Shown: positions 62,120 through 64,000 of the stretch, in pieces
How positions within the stretch are numbered: the first letter of the stretch is position 1
Layout: each line of letters opens with the position of its first letter
Source: Octopus sinensis
Taxonomy: Eukaryota
Assembly (NCBI RefSeq): GCF_006345805.1
Contig: NW_021829832.1
Coordinates: 310,001-374,000, forward strand
Direction of reading: 5' to 3'
DNA: 64,000 nt
Notes under the pieces: generated by a model
The model's database searches: none
The model's input: only the letters and a program-made list of their open reading frames with translations
What the model was told of the DNA's origin: nothing
Position numbers and translations under genes: made by a program

Positions 62120-64000
62120 ATGGAGTCGTCTCTGATAAAATCTGGTAAAATCAACTTTATACAATAAATAATATTAACCAAACATCATCTCTCTAATTTA
62201 TAGATTCTTTGGCACTAGTTTCGAGATTTTTACAAGACAATTTTTCCCCCAATTTTTTCGAGGTATATTTCACTTTATTTCCCGCCATTACTAAATTGAT
62301 TATTCCCAACACATCATTAATTTATTTAGCATTTTCGAGACGAAGTTAATAAAAATAAGGTATATAAACACATTAAACCCACTTCAGCTCATTCCACCCG
62401 ACGTCGACTGGAACGGGGAGGAGCGTCGTCCTTCCTTCGACCAATGGGTGGCTTGTCTCGACTATTTCAGAGAGAGCACTACGAGGCATTCCCCAAGTTC
62501 TCCCTCGAGAAAATGTGCCAACAGAGGAACACCAGATCACTCAATCTTGTTGAATCCGTGGAAAAACTTCACGGTAGTTTGTTTTGTATATGGTCAAGTT
62601 GATGTTGTGAGGGGGAGGGAATTGGCGGGAATTTGTAAGCCTCTTCCAAGTTCGAGGATTTTCGCAAAATATGACAAGATTTGTTCTGTTCGCTGCCATC
62701 TTGCGAGGATTACGCAAGTTGTGTTTGATAAGACTGGGGAGTATTTTGTGGTGGTATGTAACTTAAATTATTTAATAAATATATTTAAACAATGGCGCGA
62801 AAATATATTTATTTGACGTGGTGACTTTTAGGCTTCCGCGGATTGTTTAATGAAGGTATGGGAACTAAAGTCTATCAGTTTATTATGGACATTGAGAGGC
62901 CACGTAAAGCCAGTTAATGACATGGCAATATCTCCGTCTAATGGAGTGATGGCTTCCTGTTGTTCTGAAAGAAAAGTTCGCCTTTGGAATCTGACTGATG
63001 GTTCTTTACTGGGGACACTCGCAGGTCACAGTGGCAATGTGAGTTGTGTCGAGGTTGCTATAGCTATAAATATGACAGTTTTCCCCATTGTTGGATGGAA
63101 ATAAAATGTATTTGGTCTCAGTGACGGACGACGGGGCTCTATTTTTCTGGCCCTACAAAAACGAGGGGACTATTTATACATTCGAGTATGTCATGCGTGT
63201 CTATACTAGTCCCAAGCCCATTTGTAAGTTTAAAGGCCCAAAGTCAGGCGTGAAAGTCATGTCATTGACTTTTAGTCCAGGTTTATTAATAATCTGCTAG
63301 TTCTCTAAGGTGGCGTGTTTTTGGTGACAGGCTGTTCTGATAGTAGTATTCGCATATATTCCCTCCTCAGTGAGAAACCCGAGAAGATAGCCGACCTGGG
63401 CGTAGATCATGTATTCGTGGAATAAACTAATGTGTACTAAAGGGGAAGGTCTGCTGTGTTTTGTACAGTCATTTCTCTGCCAAGTTTTTGTCTGGGTGTA
63501 CTGCTGGGAATGTGAAAGTGTGGAACTTTTACAAGAACATGTGGCGAGCTACTGTTTTCGACCGTTCGAGGGCAATCGAGTAAGTTTGGGGGATTATTGC
63601 AAGTAAGACGGCAGAGGGAGGCAACAGAGTGGAAGGTAGTGAGGATGTGGGGGTTCGAATGATATCTTGGAATTGTGAAGACACGCGTGTCATTTGTTCC
63701 TACAATGATGGACTAGTGGCAGTCTGGTCAGCCAATGGGGGAGTCTTCGAGCGTCCTTTAGTGGTAGAAATAGTCATTTTGAGTGTCAAAGAGAGAAGGA
63801 TTGTCCTCAATCGCAATCACCCTCGACGACCACCCGAGTGACCCTCGAATTGTCGCTGCTTATTATATGGACGGGAATCTCGTTTTGTGGGACATTTTCC
63901 AAGGAATTATGCTCAAGACATTGCACTACCGTACTCAGGGGGTTGTTGGTTTGTCTCATTAATCAGGTTGTGCCCGGCGAAGTCCTCGAGTTCAACGCGG
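62120..64000 (+). CDS. BRWD/PHIP-family WD40 protein, 5' part (continues past the window)
   Basis: ALVSRFLQD, LIPPDVDWNG, CHLARITQVVFDKTG, ASADCLMKVW...TLRGH, LAGHSGNVSCVEFSP, LDDHPSDPRIV...DGNLVLWDI. Confidence 0.88.

Noticed and set aside
1-64000. Alternative genetic code (TAA/TAG read as Gln), suggested by in-frame stops at Gln-like positions (Ginger relic near 95, CRE at 18822)
   Set aside because: Host genes end at TAA/TAG at homologous C-termini (RNASEH2A, NAA50, ASCC1, SRD5A) and use CAA/CAG. The stops occur only in decayed TEs and are simple C-to-T changes.
1-64000. tRNA, rRNA or snRNA genes
   Set aside because: No cloverleaf with A/B boxes, rRNA signature or Sm-site RNA was recognised by eye. 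A tRNAscan-SE or Infernal run would be needed to exclude them.

Overview
Eukaryotic nuclear DNA from a highly compacted animal genome. It holds about 20 protein-coding genes, split by spliceosomal introns mostly 21-33 nt long, alternating with AT-rich spacers. The spacers contain transposon relics, about one third of the window by my rough tally. Genes recognised by translating across introns: TBPL1/TRF2, EFHC1, NBN, ASCC1, ADCK5, SRD5A-like, ING, MRPL44, DNAAF3, RNASEH2A, a TRPM channel, a protostome-type cytoplasmic intermediate filament, a divergent RagC/D, NAA50, STAM, an EGFR-ligand-like precursor, an SRSF4/5/6-like SR protein, ANAPC4 and a BRWD/PHIP-like gene running off the right edge. 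Motile-cilia genes, TRPM, the IF type and the 21-26 nt introns together suggest a dicyemid-like spiralian (inference, not verified). Mobile elements include a full-length CRE-type retrotransposon with a PHD finger, a near-full-length R4/Dong-like retrotransposon plus three fragments, a complete Buster-type hAT with TIRs and TSD, and pogo, Tc1, Ginger-like and RTE/I-like relics, several of them nested. The most striking unexplained signal is a gene-scale sawtooth in strand composition. On the + strand, almost every gene is A/C-rich at its left end and G/T-rich at its right end, whichever strand it is coded on, and the pattern appears to reset inside long genes. Other notable points: a natural Q-to-L switch-II substitution in RagC/D, an NBN FHA domain lacking its phosphothreonine-binding residues, a STAM without VHS but with a 14x10-aa tyrosine repeat tail, and GC-AG and GT-TG micro-introns. 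All calls come from manual reading and recalled family motifs; no database search was run.
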